54,845 bases of DNA from an uncultured Dehalococcoidaceae bacterium (GTDB lineage Bacteria > Chloroflexota > Dehalococcoidia > Dehalococcoidales > RBG-16-60-22), in assembly GCA_964342875.1 (NCBI GenBank), contig CAYFHI010000003.1, positions 1 through 54,845 on the forward strand, given 5' to 3'. Below, piece after piece: positions 39,587 to 48,935 of the stretch. The notes under the pieces were generated by a model, which was not told the origin of the DNA, searched no databases, and saw only the letters and a program-made list of their open reading frames with translations. Each line of letters begins with the position of its first letter. The first letter of the stretch is position 1. Made by a program: the position numbers and the translations under genes.

Positions 39587-39939
39587 TTAATTTATCATTC
39601 TTCTTTTTACAGGAATACGAACTGCGAGAAAAATAAGTTTCACCAGTCCATAAATAAGCGGTTCCCGGATGTCCGCCTTGATCTATCACACGAAATGGGT
39701 TACCGTCAGTACTCCCGCCAGATAAATCAGCAGTGCGGTCGCTTTCAATTATTGCCCAGTCGTCGTATCTACCCTTTTGTTGACGTTATCGTCTCCTGGT
39801 AGTGCTTGGTTCTGGTTCTTTCCCGTCGTAACCGCCGAAAAAGAGCAAGCTAGCGGTTAAAACTCCCACTTCGGTCAGGAATTTGCGCCTAAAAAAAGAT
39901 ATACTCGGGAGTAATTTCAGATGGATTTATATTGATCAT
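39587..39939 (-). pseudogene. msrPQ: Deleted msrPQ (yedYZ) remnant: MsrP N-terminus joined to MsrQ C-terminus
   Basis: Minus strand: MININPSEITPEYIFF(frameshift)RRKFL..., the MsrP SEITPE motif plus Tat RR. Then TITSTKG*IRRLGNN*KRPH(frameshift)LIYLAGVLTVTHFV**IKADIREPLIYG, the MsrQ C-terminus with Trp codons turned into stops. Confidence 0.8.
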
Positions 39940-40039
39940 CTTATTTGTTACCTCTTAACTCTCTGGATAGGCATCGGTATGCAAATTGCTTACAGAACCA
40001 CTAAAGCGTTATAATTCGGAGGATGAGGACAGTATTGGG

Positions 40040-40969
40040 ATGAAAAAAGCGGTTGTCACCGGTGGGGCCGGATTTATCGGCTCGCACTTGGCTGAGGAAT
40101 TAGTTAATCATGGCTATCAAGTTATTATTCTTGATGATTTCTCTACGGGGAAAAAAGAAAATATCGACCCGTTGCTGGAGAGCAGACCCGTTGAACTCAT
40201 CGAAGGCAGCATTACCGACTTGTCTCTACTGCAAAAGGTTTTTCAGAGTGTGGATAAGGTCTTTCATCTGGCGGCTGTCCCCAGTGTCCCCCGGAGCATA
40301 AAGAATCCGCAGGCTTCTCATGAGGTAAATGCCACCGGTACAAACAACGTACTGTTGGCTGCCAGAGATAACGGCGTCGGGAAGGTGATTTATGCCTCAT
40401 CCTCTTCGGTTTACGGCGACACACCCACTGTTCCCAAAAAAGAAACTATGTCACCTAACCCCCAGTCCCCTTATGCTGTCGCCAAACTTACCGGTGAATA
40501 TTATTGCCAGGTATTTTACCGGGTTTATGGGCTGACTACCGTCAGCCTCAGATATTTCAATGTGTATGGCGCTAGGCAGGACCCTAACTCACAGTACGCC
40601 GCCGTTATTCCTCTGTTCATAAAGAGAATTTCCGAGGGGAAGCCTCCATATATCTTTGGCGATGGTAAACAGACCAGGGACTTCACCTTTGTTAAAGACG
40701 TGGTGGAGGCTAACATACTGGTTGCCGAAAGCGAAAAAATGGGAGTCTTTAACATCGGGAGAGGCGAGAGAGTACCTATCAACCAGCTGGTCCGGCTTAT
40801 TTCCAAAATTATGGAAGTAAATGTGGCGCCGGTATATAAAAAAATGAGAAAAGGGGACGTATTGCACAGTCTGGCGGATATTTCCCGCGCCGGTGATTTC
40901 GGCTATCATCCGAAGTACAGCTTGGAAGAAGGGCTGAGAGAAATCATTCGTAGTTTCAGGCCTGATTAA
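40040..40969 (+). CDS. NDP-sugar epimerase (extended SDR, WbpP/GalE-like)
   Basis: GGAGFIGSH, ASSSSVYG, YAVAK, LRYFNVYG and DGKQTRDF motifs. Confidence 0.92.
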   Translation: MKKAVVTGGAGFIGSHLAEELVNHGYQVIILDDFSTGKKENIDPLLESRPVELIEGSITDLSLLQKVFQSVDKVFHLAAVPSVPRSIKNPQASHEVNATGTNNVLLAARDNGVGKVIYASSSSVYGDTPTVPKKETMSPNPQSPYAVAKLTGEYYCQVFYRVYGLTTVSLRYFNVYGARQDPNSQYAAVIPLFIKRISEGKPPYIFGDGKQTRDFTFVKDVVEANILVAESEKMGVFNIGRGERVPINQLVRLISKIMEVNVAPVYKKMRKGDVLHSLADISRAGDFGYHPKYSLEEGLREIIRSFRPD

Positions 40970-41004
40970 CAACTAAGGAGTTCAGAATCCAAGTTCTTAA
41001 TTTT

Positions 41005-42291
41005 CTATATCTCGGGCTGAGTAAATCTATTAAGGATAGCGGAAAACTTTTTTGCCATTTCGTAATGGCTGTATTTGCTGATTTGGGATTCATTACCGGA
41101 GTAAGCTACATTGCCGGATGTTTTGTATTCTTTGTAGTATCCTCTGAGGGCGTTCTTGACGTCTTCCATATTCGGCGCGGGTATACCGGCGTTAGTTTCG
41201 TTTAAAAGCTTGGAGATGACATTCCCTTTAATTCCTCCAACCCCCAGTATTGGTCTCCTAGCCTGTAAATATTCAAATGCTTTACCAGGATAAACACCGA
41301 ATTCCTTAGTATCATCCCAGTCCAGAAGCAGTAAGAGTTGTGATTCCCTCTGTTTTTCCAGAGCGTCCTGTTGGGGAATTACTCCGTACTGCTTGATAAT
41401 ACTGGATATTCCGTATTTGTTGCTCTCTTTCTTAAGCCAACTCTCCTGAACGCCATAAAATCTGACCTCAATATCCACCGGGCTAATCACGCCATCGGCA
41501 AGTAGTTCCCGCAATGCCTTCATGAATTTCCAGGTGTGCTGTTTTCCGGGGTAAATAAGGCCGGTATAGGTGACGGTGAATTTAGCGGTTAATCCCGTCG
41601 GTGGTATCTTTAACTCTGCTGGGTCAAAGCCATTGGTGATGGGGATTACCAGCTTTTCTCTGTGCAATATTTTCAGCTTCTCTACCCATGGTGCAGATAC
41701 CGTCACTAGGACATCAGCGTCAGTCAGGGTTTTCAGCTCTAGGCGTCGGTCAAAGAATTTCCTCGCCGGGCAGTAGTTATAGTTGTGGTTCTGTGACCAG
41801 AGGTCGCGTAGGTCAGCCAGCCACGGTATCCCGTGCTTGGTTTTTAATTCACTGGCGACGATGTGGGCGGTTACCGGTGCTGAGGTACTAATGATGGCGT
41901 CAATAGCTTCTTCTTTTAAGAGTTCATCGCCGGCTTTAATGGCGAAGGGCCGCCAACCCTTTTCCGAGTCCGGATAATTAACAATTTCACCAACGCGGGT
42001 TAGGAGGAAGTCCAGCCAGGACCGGCTGGCACTGACGCCAAATCTCCGCTTTACCTTTCCCCTGATATCGTCACTCGGTTTCATCCTTAAAAGTTTTCTC
42101 CAGAGGTGTAGGCTATCGCGGTACTTGGTTTCTATTATCCTAAGTCCGTTCTCGGGTTGCTTGTCTAGGGGCGCCGATAAAACAATCGGTTGCCAGTTAA
42201 ATTCAGGAAGATATTTCGCCAGACCCAGTAGCCGGGGACTGCCGCCGCTCCGTAGCGGAAAAGGGTAGCCTATTATCAGTACCTTTTTCAT
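41005..42291 (-). CDS. Glycosyltransferase, GT4-like
   Basis: GT-B pattern: ADLRDLW, ITNGFD, PGKAFEYL. Confidence 0.85.
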   Translation of the reverse strand: MKKVLIIGYPFPLRSGGSPRLLGLAKYLPEFNWQPIVLSAPLDKQPENGLRIIETKYRDSLHLWRKLLRMKPSDDIRGKVKRRFGVSASRSWLDFLLTRVGEIVNYPDSEKGWRPFAIKAGDELLKEEAIDAIISTSAPVTAHIVASELKTKHGIPWLADLRDLWSQNHNYNYCPARKFFDRRLELKTLTDADVLVTVSAPWVEKLKILHREKLVIPITNGFDPAELKIPPTGLTAKFTVTYTGLIYPGKQHTWKFMKALRELLADGVISPVDIEVRFYGVQESWLKKESNKYGISSIIKQYGVIPQQDALEKQRESQLLLLLDWDDTKEFGVYPGKAFEYLQARRPILGVGGIKGNVISKLLNETNAGIPAPNMEDVKNALRGYYKEYKTSGNVAYSGNESQISKYSHYEMAKKFSAILNRFTQPEI

Positions 42292-43421
42292 AGGCTTTCT
42301 GAGATAAACCTGATTACTTGATCCGTTATAAAGTCGATTTCGTTTTGTGTTAGTGAAGGGTAAAACGGTAGACTCAGAATCTGCCGGGATATTTCTTCAG
42401 TCACGGGGAGAGAATCTTTATATTTGAGTTCCTTTGAATAAAAGGATGTCAGGTGGACGGGGTAGAAAAATACCTTACTCATGATGCCCTGCTTACTCAG
42501 GTGGTCTATCAGGCCGTCCCTTAAGTCCTGTGGAACCCTGATGCTATACATCTGGTAAACATGGTGATAACCTCTCGGTGGGTGGGGGGTAATAATAGCA
42601 GGTGTCTCTGAGAGGCGTTGCGTCATTAGCTGCGCGTTTTTTCTCCGCATCCGGACAATGCTGCTGACCTTGTTTAATTGAGCCAGACCCAAGGCAGCGG
42701 TCAGGTTCGACATTCTGAAGTTATAGCCTAGGCTTACATAGTCGAGATTCTCCGCACAAGTAAAATAGTCCGAGGTTTCTAGTCTCCCATGCGACCTCAC
42801 CAGTTTCATTTTTTCATAAATATCCCTTGAGTTGGTGACCGCCGCACCGCCCTCGCCGGTGGTGATTATCTTGTTCTGGCAGAAGCTGAGGATGGCGGTA
42901 TCCCCTATGGTTCCTGCTTTTTTGCCGTTGATGCTGGCGCCCAATACCTCGGCGGCATCTTCAATTAGGAGCAGGTTATGCCGACGGGCTATCCCCTTTA
43001 ACTCTCCAATGAGACAGGGACAGCCAGCATAATGGACAGGAATGATTGCCTTTGTTTTGGGGGTTATCTTCCTTGCCACGTCCACCGGGTCTAATCCATT
43101 TGTCTTGTCTTCAATGTCGGCGAAAACGGGTTTCGCTCTAACAAATAAAGGCGCGTTGGCGGTAGCAATAAAGGTAAAAGAGGGTACGATTACTTCGTCT
43201 CCCGAACCGATCCCGTAAGCTTGAAGAACAGCGTGTAAGGCCGAGGTGCCGGAGTTGAAGACAAGGCAGTATTTGACACCGAGATATTCCGCCAGTTTCT
43301 CTTCAAACCGGATAATCTCAGGTCCAATTGCCCAACTCATCCCCTGGCTGATAGCCTTTTCTACCGCTGCGGTATCCTCTTTGTCCCAGTAAATCTTGAA
43401 AAGGGGAAACTGCCAGTCCAT
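42288..43421 (-). CDS. DegT/DnrJ/EryC1/StrS family sugar aminotransferase
   Basis: NSGTSALH, PSFTFIAT, IEDAAE, SFCQNKIITTGEGG and GYNFRM motifs. Confidence 0.94.
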   Translation of the reverse strand: MDWQFPLFKIYWDKEDTAAVEKAISQGMSWAIGPEIIRFEEKLAEYLGVKYCLVFNSGTSALHAVLQAYGIGSGDEVIVPSFTFIATANAPLFVRAKPVFADIEDKTNGLDPVDVARKITPKTKAIIPVHYAGCPCLIGELKGIARRHNLLLIEDAAEVLGASINGKKAGTIGDTAILSFCQNKIITTGEGGAAVTNSRDIYEKMKLVRSHGRLETSDYFTCAENLDYVSLGYNFRMSNLTAALGLAQLNKVSSIVRMRRKNAQLMTQRLSETPAIITPHPPRGYHHVYQMYSIRVPQDLRDGLIDHLSKQGIMSKVFFYPVHLTSFYSKELKYKDSLPVTEEISRQILSLPFYPSLTQNEIDFITDQVIRFISESL

Positions 43422-43429
43422 TTTACTCC

Positions 43430-44692
43430 CTAACTCACGGTCGGTTTCTCTACCCTCTGCCTGAAGGTGGCGGTATGCTGGTATTTGGTCACCAGCCGCT
43501 GCTGTATTTCCTTCAACTGCTGGTTGTTAAGCGTTTGCGTATGTACCCAGTTGTTGCTGTATTCGTCAAAGGTTGACCAGTCCCAGTTAGCCATCGTCTT
43601 TTCATCAAAGTACTGGTTGGTGGGAAATGGGGCCAGGAGAGTAAAGCCGACGATGTCAGGCTGCAACTCGTCACACAGCTTCTCAGTCATTTCGATATCT
43701 TCGATTGTTTCCTCCGGCATGCCCAGGAGGAAATACGCTCGTGTACTGATACCTATTTCCCGGGTTAGTTTAAAGGCTTTCTTGACCCGGTCGATTTCCG
43801 TGTGCTTGTGCATCGTCTTTAAAATCCGCGGGGAACCGCTTTCTACGCCGTACCATAGTTCCCGGCAGCCGCTCTGTTTCAGGTAAGAGAGCATTTCCTC
43901 ATCTAGGGTATTGACATGGGCATTAGCTCCGTAGGGTACTTTGATACCCTTCTCAATCTTGAGTTTACAGAACTCGATTACCTGTCGTTTGTTGGCAGTA
44001 AAAGTGTCATCGGCAAACTTCAGGAACTCTATCCCCCAGTCACTGATGAGCGCTTCCACTTCCCCGATTATGTTTTGCGGTGACCGGTATCTTATCTGGC
44101 TGCCCCACAAGCCTCGACTGCAGCAGAAGCTGCAGCGAAAGGGGCAGCCGCGGCTGGTCAGTACGGAGGTAATCCGTATTCCCTCGTCTCGAAACGCCTG
44201 CTCGATATTCCTTTCATTCTTGATTACGTTTCTATCCGGAAAGGGAAGTTCGTCAAGATTAGCGGTGTAGTCGGCACGGTAACTCCGCTTGGTGATAGTC
44301 ACACCTTTGATAACATCGTCAACCAAGCGAAGCATTGCCTTTTCACCTTCTCCAATCACTACTGCATCCACGCAGCCTTCCTGTAAAACTAGTTCCGGCA
44401 GCACCGAGGGGTGGATACCGCCGAAAATGATATGGTTTTGGGAAGTTTTTATCTCTTTCGCCAGGTTCAGACCGTGCTTATACTGGGGGCTGGTGCAGCC
44501 GAAGCCGATTATGTCCGCTTTCCTGCCCGCCTCTATAATTACACTATCTTCATCATAAAAGCCGGAAAAGAAAGTTATATCCAGATTATCGGTACGGTTC
44601 TGCTTAAGGTAGGCGGCAATATAACCTATTCCCAGTGCTTCCCAAGCATGACCTTTAAATCCAACATTTGCCTGCACAAAAACTAATTTCAC
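43430..44692 (-). CDS. Cobalamin-binding radical SAM protein (class B methyltransferase-like)
   Basis: N-terminal B12-binding domain (LGIGYIAAYL, GGIHPS, GEGE); TSRGCPFRCSFC; GVESGS; GTG start inferred. Confidence 0.9.
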   Translation of the reverse strand: MKLVFVQANVGFKGHAWEALGIGYIAAYLKQNRTDNLDITFFSGFYDEDSVIIEAGRKADIIGFGCTSPQYKHGLNLAKEIKTSQNHIIFGGIHPSVLPELVLQEGCVDAVVIGEGEKAMLRLVDDVIKGVTITKRSYRADYTANLDELPFPDRNVIKNERNIEQAFRDEGIRITSVLTSRGCPFRCSFCCSRGLWGSQIRYRSPQNIIGEVEALISDWGIEFLKFADDTFTANKRQVIEFCKLKIEKGIKVPYGANAHVNTLDEEMLSYLKQSGCRELWYGVESGSPRILKTMHKHTEIDRVKKAFKLTREIGISTRAYFLLGMPEETIEDIEMTEKLCDELQPDIVGFTLLAPFPTNQYFDEKTMANWDWSTFDEYSNNWVHTQTLNNQQLKEIQQRLVTKYQHTATFRQRVEKPTVS

Positions 44693-44694
44693 TT

Positions 44695-45660
44695 TTATCC
44701 GGGTTTGGACCACTCCTCAGATTTGTAATATTTATACCAGTCTACCAGCTTGGTCAGTCCGTCCTTTAGACTGTGTTTCGGCTTCCAGCCAAGGAGTTCT
44801 TTGGCTTTGGAGCTGTCGGCACACAGTCTGTCTACTTCACCAGGTCTGGGCTCTACGGAGACAGGTTTAATCTTGCCGTTCTGGCCGGTTAAATCAATAA
44901 TCATATTCGCCAGGTCGATTATTTTAATCTCACGGCTGCTGCCGATATTGATTGGCTCAGGTATCGGCTCCGTGTGTTTCAGAATTAAATCAAAGGCTTC
45001 CACCAGGTCGGTAACGAAGGTATAGTCCCGGGTCTGGTTACCATCTCCGTAAATAATGGGAAGCAAGCCGCTTAGAGCCCGCTTAACGAATATGGATATA
45101 ACACCACCATAGCCGGTGTCCTTCTGCTTCGGGCCGAAGGTATTAAACGGCCTGACGGTGGTGATATTCATCTGGTACGTCTTGGTATAGGAATAGCACA
45201 TGCGGTCGGCGGCGATTTTACTGGCGCCGTACGGGTGGGGGGCGTTTAACGGGTGGTCTTCCTTCATCGGGACGGTCTGCGCCGAACCGTAGACCTCACT
45301 TGATGAGACGCAAATTATTTTTTCAACGTCATGCCTCCGAGAAACTTCCAGGACGTTTTGCGTTCCCAGTACGTTGATTTCATATGTAAGCTGCGGTTCG
45401 ATTAACGACCGGTCAACGTGTATCTGCGCTGCCAGGTGAAAGACGGTATCCACGCCTTGGATAATCTTCTCCAGTGAATCAAAGTCCCTGACATCGATAT
45501 TTAGTAATTTGAAATTCTTATGGTTCAGCAGGTGCCTGATATTTGCTAGGTTACCGTTCAGAAAGTTGTCGAGGCAGAGTACGGTGTGTCCCTCCTTGGT
45601 GTATCTCTCGCATAAATGGCTGCCGATAAATCCGGCGCCTCCAGTTATCAGAACTTTCAT
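44695..45660 (-). CDS. NDP-sugar 4,6-dehydratase/epimerase (extended SDR)
   Basis: GGAGFIGSH, AAQIHVDRS, SSSEVYG, YGASK and RPFNTFGP motifs. Confidence 0.92.
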   Translation of the reverse strand: MKVLITGGAGFIGSHLCERYTKEGHTVLCLDNFLNGNLANIRHLLNHKNFKLLNIDVRDFDSLEKIIQGVDTVFHLAAQIHVDRSLIEPQLTYEINVLGTQNVLEVSRRHDVEKIICVSSSEVYGSAQTVPMKEDHPLNAPHPYGASKIAADRMCYSYTKTYQMNITTVRPFNTFGPKQKDTGYGGVISIFVKRALSGLLPIIYGDGNQTRDYTFVTDLVEAFDLILKHTEPIPEPINIGSSREIKIIDLANMIIDLTGQNGKIKPVSVEPRPGEVDRLCADSSKAKELLGWKPKHSLKDGLTKLVDWYKYYKSEEWSKPG

Positions 45661-46841
45661 TTTTTACTCCTATCTGGCTCCTTTTCGGGACAGTATTCCC
45701 GGTAAAGCCTTTCATATTCCCCAACTTTGGTGCTTAGGGTTAAGTTGGCTTTTATATATTCGGCGGCTTTCTGCACTCTGGTGCGGGCTTCAGCCGGATT
45801 TTCGATAATCGACTCAATGATTTCCACCATTTGCCTTTTATTACCATACTCTACCAGATAACCGGCATTCATTCTAGTGACGTCCTCGCCGGCGCCGCTG
45901 TCCCGGGAGACGACGATTGGTGTCTCGCAAAGCACCGCTTCAATCGGCGCCCATGCCGCCTGCTCGTACCGTGACGGTTGGATGACAACGTCCGCGTCTG
46001 TTATTGCTGCTAATTTATCCTGACCTCTCAGAAATCCGGTAAATGAGACTTTATCATTTAAGTTTAAATTACTAATTTGTTTTTCAAGGGTTGCCTTGTA
46101 ACCATCATCCGAACCGGCGATTACCAGAAAAACATCTTCTCTTGATCCCGCTAATTCAGCAAAGGACTCTACTAGGAAATCGAGTCCCTTTATCCAATGA
46201 ATTCTCCCCAGAGACATTATTATATGTTTTTCTTTAATTCCGTGTCTATTGCGGAATTGACCGGCTGCCGGCAGGTCGGAGAATTCCTCTACGGGGAAAA
46301 AGAGAGGAATAACCGCCACTTTTTCTTGTTTGATGCCGAATTCCTCGTATTCCCTGACGCCGAATTCATTTTCGGCGATGACCCTTGAGGCATCACGTAA
46401 TATCCGGTTGCCGAAGGTGATATCAAACAGCCACTTTACGGGTCGCTTGAGGCTTCTTTTGCTGTAAGCCGACCGGGGGAGGGAGCCGTGCGTGTCTAGC
46501 ACATAAGGGACACCGTACTTTGTGGCATAGTGCCTGACGACAATATTCTGAAAGCTGCGGAAGCAGTGCAGGTGGATAACGTCAAAGCTTTTAAGGTTAT
46601 TCCTTACTGCTGTTATGATTCCTTGCATAATATAAAATCCGGCGAAGCTCGATATGCAGTGGAAGGGGTAGACCCGTACCTCCGGCAAGGAAGCGATGTA
46701 CTCCGGGATGATTCTATGGTCGCTGGTGTAAATCACCACTTCATGTCCCCTTTGCGCCTGGGTTCGGGATAACTTGTAAAGAAGATCTACCGTGCCGCCG
46801 CCGTGTGGCGAAAAGAGGTCGAAAACATGTAATATTCTCAT
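45657..46841 (-). CDS. Glycosyltransferase family 4
   Basis: LGRIHWIKGLD and PSRYEQAAWAPIEA (EX7E) motifs. Confidence 0.9.
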   Translation of the reverse strand: MRILHVFDLFSPHGGGTVDLLYKLSRTQAQRGHEVVIYTSDHRIIPEYIASLPEVRVYPFHCISSFAGFYIMQGIITAVRNNLKSFDVIHLHCFRSFQNIVVRHYATKYGVPYVLDTHGSLPRSAYSKRSLKRPVKWLFDITFGNRILRDASRVIAENEFGVREYEEFGIKQEKVAVIPLFFPVEEFSDLPAAGQFRNRHGIKEKHIIMSLGRIHWIKGLDFLVESFAELAGSREDVFLVIAGSDDGYKATLEKQISNLNLNDKVSFTGFLRGQDKLAAITDADVVIQPSRYEQAAWAPIEAVLCETPIVVSRDSGAGEDVTRMNAGYLVEYGNKRQMVEIIESIIENPAEARTRVQKAAEYIKANLTLSTKVGEYERLYREYCPEKEPDRSKK

Positions 46842-46860
46842 TCAATATCTCTTGTCGATT

Positions 46861-47889
46861 CTAATAAGGACCAACTATCTTGCTTTTGCCCATCTCGTCA
46901 GCCAGTTTCTCCTCTTCCGGGGACCTCAGAGTTGCCGCTACTTTGTATATCAGTGGGGTAAGCGGTGAATTCATTGCGAGCCGGGCAATAATATCACTAT
47001 TAAATAACAGGCTGGTTGCCCTGTCAACCAGGGTTCTCCTTACGAAAAACTGCATTTTATAGTGTTCCCAGTCGTCATTGGTCCTAATATTTTTCAGGTT
47101 GGAGCTTCCCAGACCTGCCTTTTCGGCGTACAGGATATGGTTTGCCCTTTTCAAGGGCATGCCCATGATCGTCGCTCCCAGGGAATCGGCAGCTACCGGA
47201 TTATCGGCGACTATTATCAGGTCGGTCTTCCTGGGTACGCCGAACAACGGCCCGTGCCCGTCCAGCGCGTAGATTCCGTCGATGACTATTATCGCCGGTT
47301 TCAGGGTACCGGCGATGAGGGCGAGTTTGCGCGACAGATTTTGATGTTCCAGGCACCTCATGGGATCAGGATGACATCCCCACAGGTTTTTCATACTCAG
47401 GGTAACTCCGGTCATGGCGTGCACCTTTAAAACTGGCACCGAGATAATGCAATCAATCTTTTCCAGGAGTAGCCGCGGTAATCTGACTCTTACTGTTTTC
47501 CCGGCGATCTTCTCCTCAACAACCTCGGAGGGTAACTTTGAAAGATTAACCAATTCAACCCCGGTTTCTTTGCAGATTTGACGCATATCATGTCCATCAA
47601 AGGCTTCATCAGCGGTGAAGGAATTATTACCGCCATCGGACTCGCCCAGAATAACGGTATCCGCCTTGCTCCTGAGCAGTTTCAGCAGGTGCTTTAAAAG
47701 TTCCGGGGTAGTAGAGATTCCCGGTTTGTAACGGGGGAAGGTGAGGTTGGGCTTGACGAATACCCTGGACTGTTTATTAATGCGGTTGTCCCAGCCGATA
47801 AACTCAAGTCCGGCGAGAACCGTTGATTCGAGATTTTCACTCACCTTACTCAGGTATGCTTGATGCTCAGGTCTGTCCGGCAAGCTCAT
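46861..47889 (-). CDS. DUF362 family protein
   Basis: VFVKPNL, VPVLKVH, VTLSMKNLWG, IDG...GHGP and VAAD motifs. Confidence 0.85.
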   Translation of the reverse strand: MSLPDRPEHQAYLSKVSENLESTVLAGLEFIGWDNRINKQSRVFVKPNLTFPRYKPGISTTPELLKHLLKLLRSKADTVILGESDGGNNSFTADEAFDGHDMRQICKETGVELVNLSKLPSEVVEEKIAGKTVRVRLPRLLLEKIDCIISVPVLKVHAMTGVTLSMKNLWGCHPDPMRCLEHQNLSRKLALIAGTLKPAIIVIDGIYALDGHGPLFGVPRKTDLIIVADNPVAADSLGATIMGMPLKRANHILYAEKAGLGSSNLKNIRTNDDWEHYKMQFFVRRTLVDRATSLLFNSDIIARLAMNSPLTPLIYKVAATLRSPEEEKLADEMGKSKIVGPY

Positions 47890-48311
47890 CCTTTTCTTCC
47901 TGATGTTGTCGCTTCCTGCGCAAAGTTATAAAATTCGTCGGGTGATTTCCCGATTGATGCTTTCTCAAAGGGACACATACCATCACCTGCCCTATTTGAT
48001 ATAAAGGGTACAGTGGTCTGGAAGGAATAAGTAATGCCCAGCCGTTTCAGGGTTTCGGCGGCGGTTTCACTACCGACGATACTATGGACCTTCCGGCAGG
48101 AAGTCTTTTTTAAGAGCAGGGCGGCACCGTTGCCGACTATCCGGTCGAAGACGGTTACATTTTCGGGGCAGGGAGAAAATTTTCTTAGATAGGTGAGCAG
48201 GGGGCGTATTCCTTGTTCCGCTGATCTGAAGAGAAGATTGCCGGACAGGTAAATCCGGACGGTATCTTCACTCCTTTGGAATCCGGCAAACGAGTGGTTA
48301 GCGGCGGTCAT
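47886..48311 (-). CDS. DUF1893 (TM1506-like) protein
   Basis: GIRPLL, DRIVGNGAALL and ISNRAGDGMCPFE motifs. Confidence 0.85.
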   Translation of the reverse strand: MTAANHSFAGFQRSEDTVRIYLSGNLLFRSAEQGIRPLLTYLRKFSPCPENVTVFDRIVGNGAALLLKKTSCRKVHSIVGSETAAETLKRLGITYSFQTTVPFISNRAGDGMCPFEKASIGKSPDEFYNFAQEATTSGRKG

Positions 48312-48918
48312 TTTTACCCCCGGAGGGCCTCTTTGCCAGCCAATGATTCAGCGCGATGATGATTAGTGGTAGAATAATAACCTGAATAGCGATTCCGGGC
48401 CAGCCCAGCTGTACCGTCCGCCATACGGCGGCCAAGGGATTAACCTCATTAAAAGAAAATATTACGATAATCAGGACTTGCGCCAGGCGGCTGGTGATAA
48501 TAGCAGCGAGTAACGACGATACTATATTAAGTCGAAAAGTGCCATAGAGGAGACCGGCAGTCAGACCCAGTAAAGAGTTTTGCGCAATTACCTGCGGTAA
48601 AAACCCGGTAACAGGCATGCCAGAGATACCTAAGCTTAGTAGTGGGCTAAGAAATCCGACAAGTAAGCCTACCCGCCAGCCAAATAACAGGCCGGCCATC
48701 AGTGCAAAGAAAAACATCGGTAAAAAGGTGGGGCCGCTTAACGGATGCACTTGATGAAGGGTCCAGGGGATGGTAACATCCAGAGCCACAAAGAAACTGA
48801 CAAACACGTATAGACGAATATCAATAAAGTTTAATACGTAAGGAAAGTTGGTTGTCCTTAACGCGACTGACCTGGTATTTGAGTTACTAATCATTCTTCC
48901 CATCTCCTCTAGAGTCAC
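48298..48918 (-). CDS. ECF transporter S component
   Basis: About 6 TM helices; GPTFLPMFFFALMAGLLFGWRVG, SPLLS...GMP and GWPGIAIQ motifs. Confidence 0.8.
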   Translation of the reverse strand: MTLEEMGRMISNSNTRSVALRTTNFPYVLNFIDIRLYVFVSFFVALDVTIPWTLHQVHPLSGPTFLPMFFFALMAGLLFGWRVGLLVGFLSPLLSLGISGMPVTGFLPQVIAQNSLLGLTAGLLYGTFRLNIVSSLLAAIITSRLAQVLIIVIFSFNEVNPLAAVWRTVQLGWPGIAIQVIILPLIIIALNHWLAKRPSGGKNDRR

Positions 48919-48935
48919 TTCTTTAGCTTACAATA

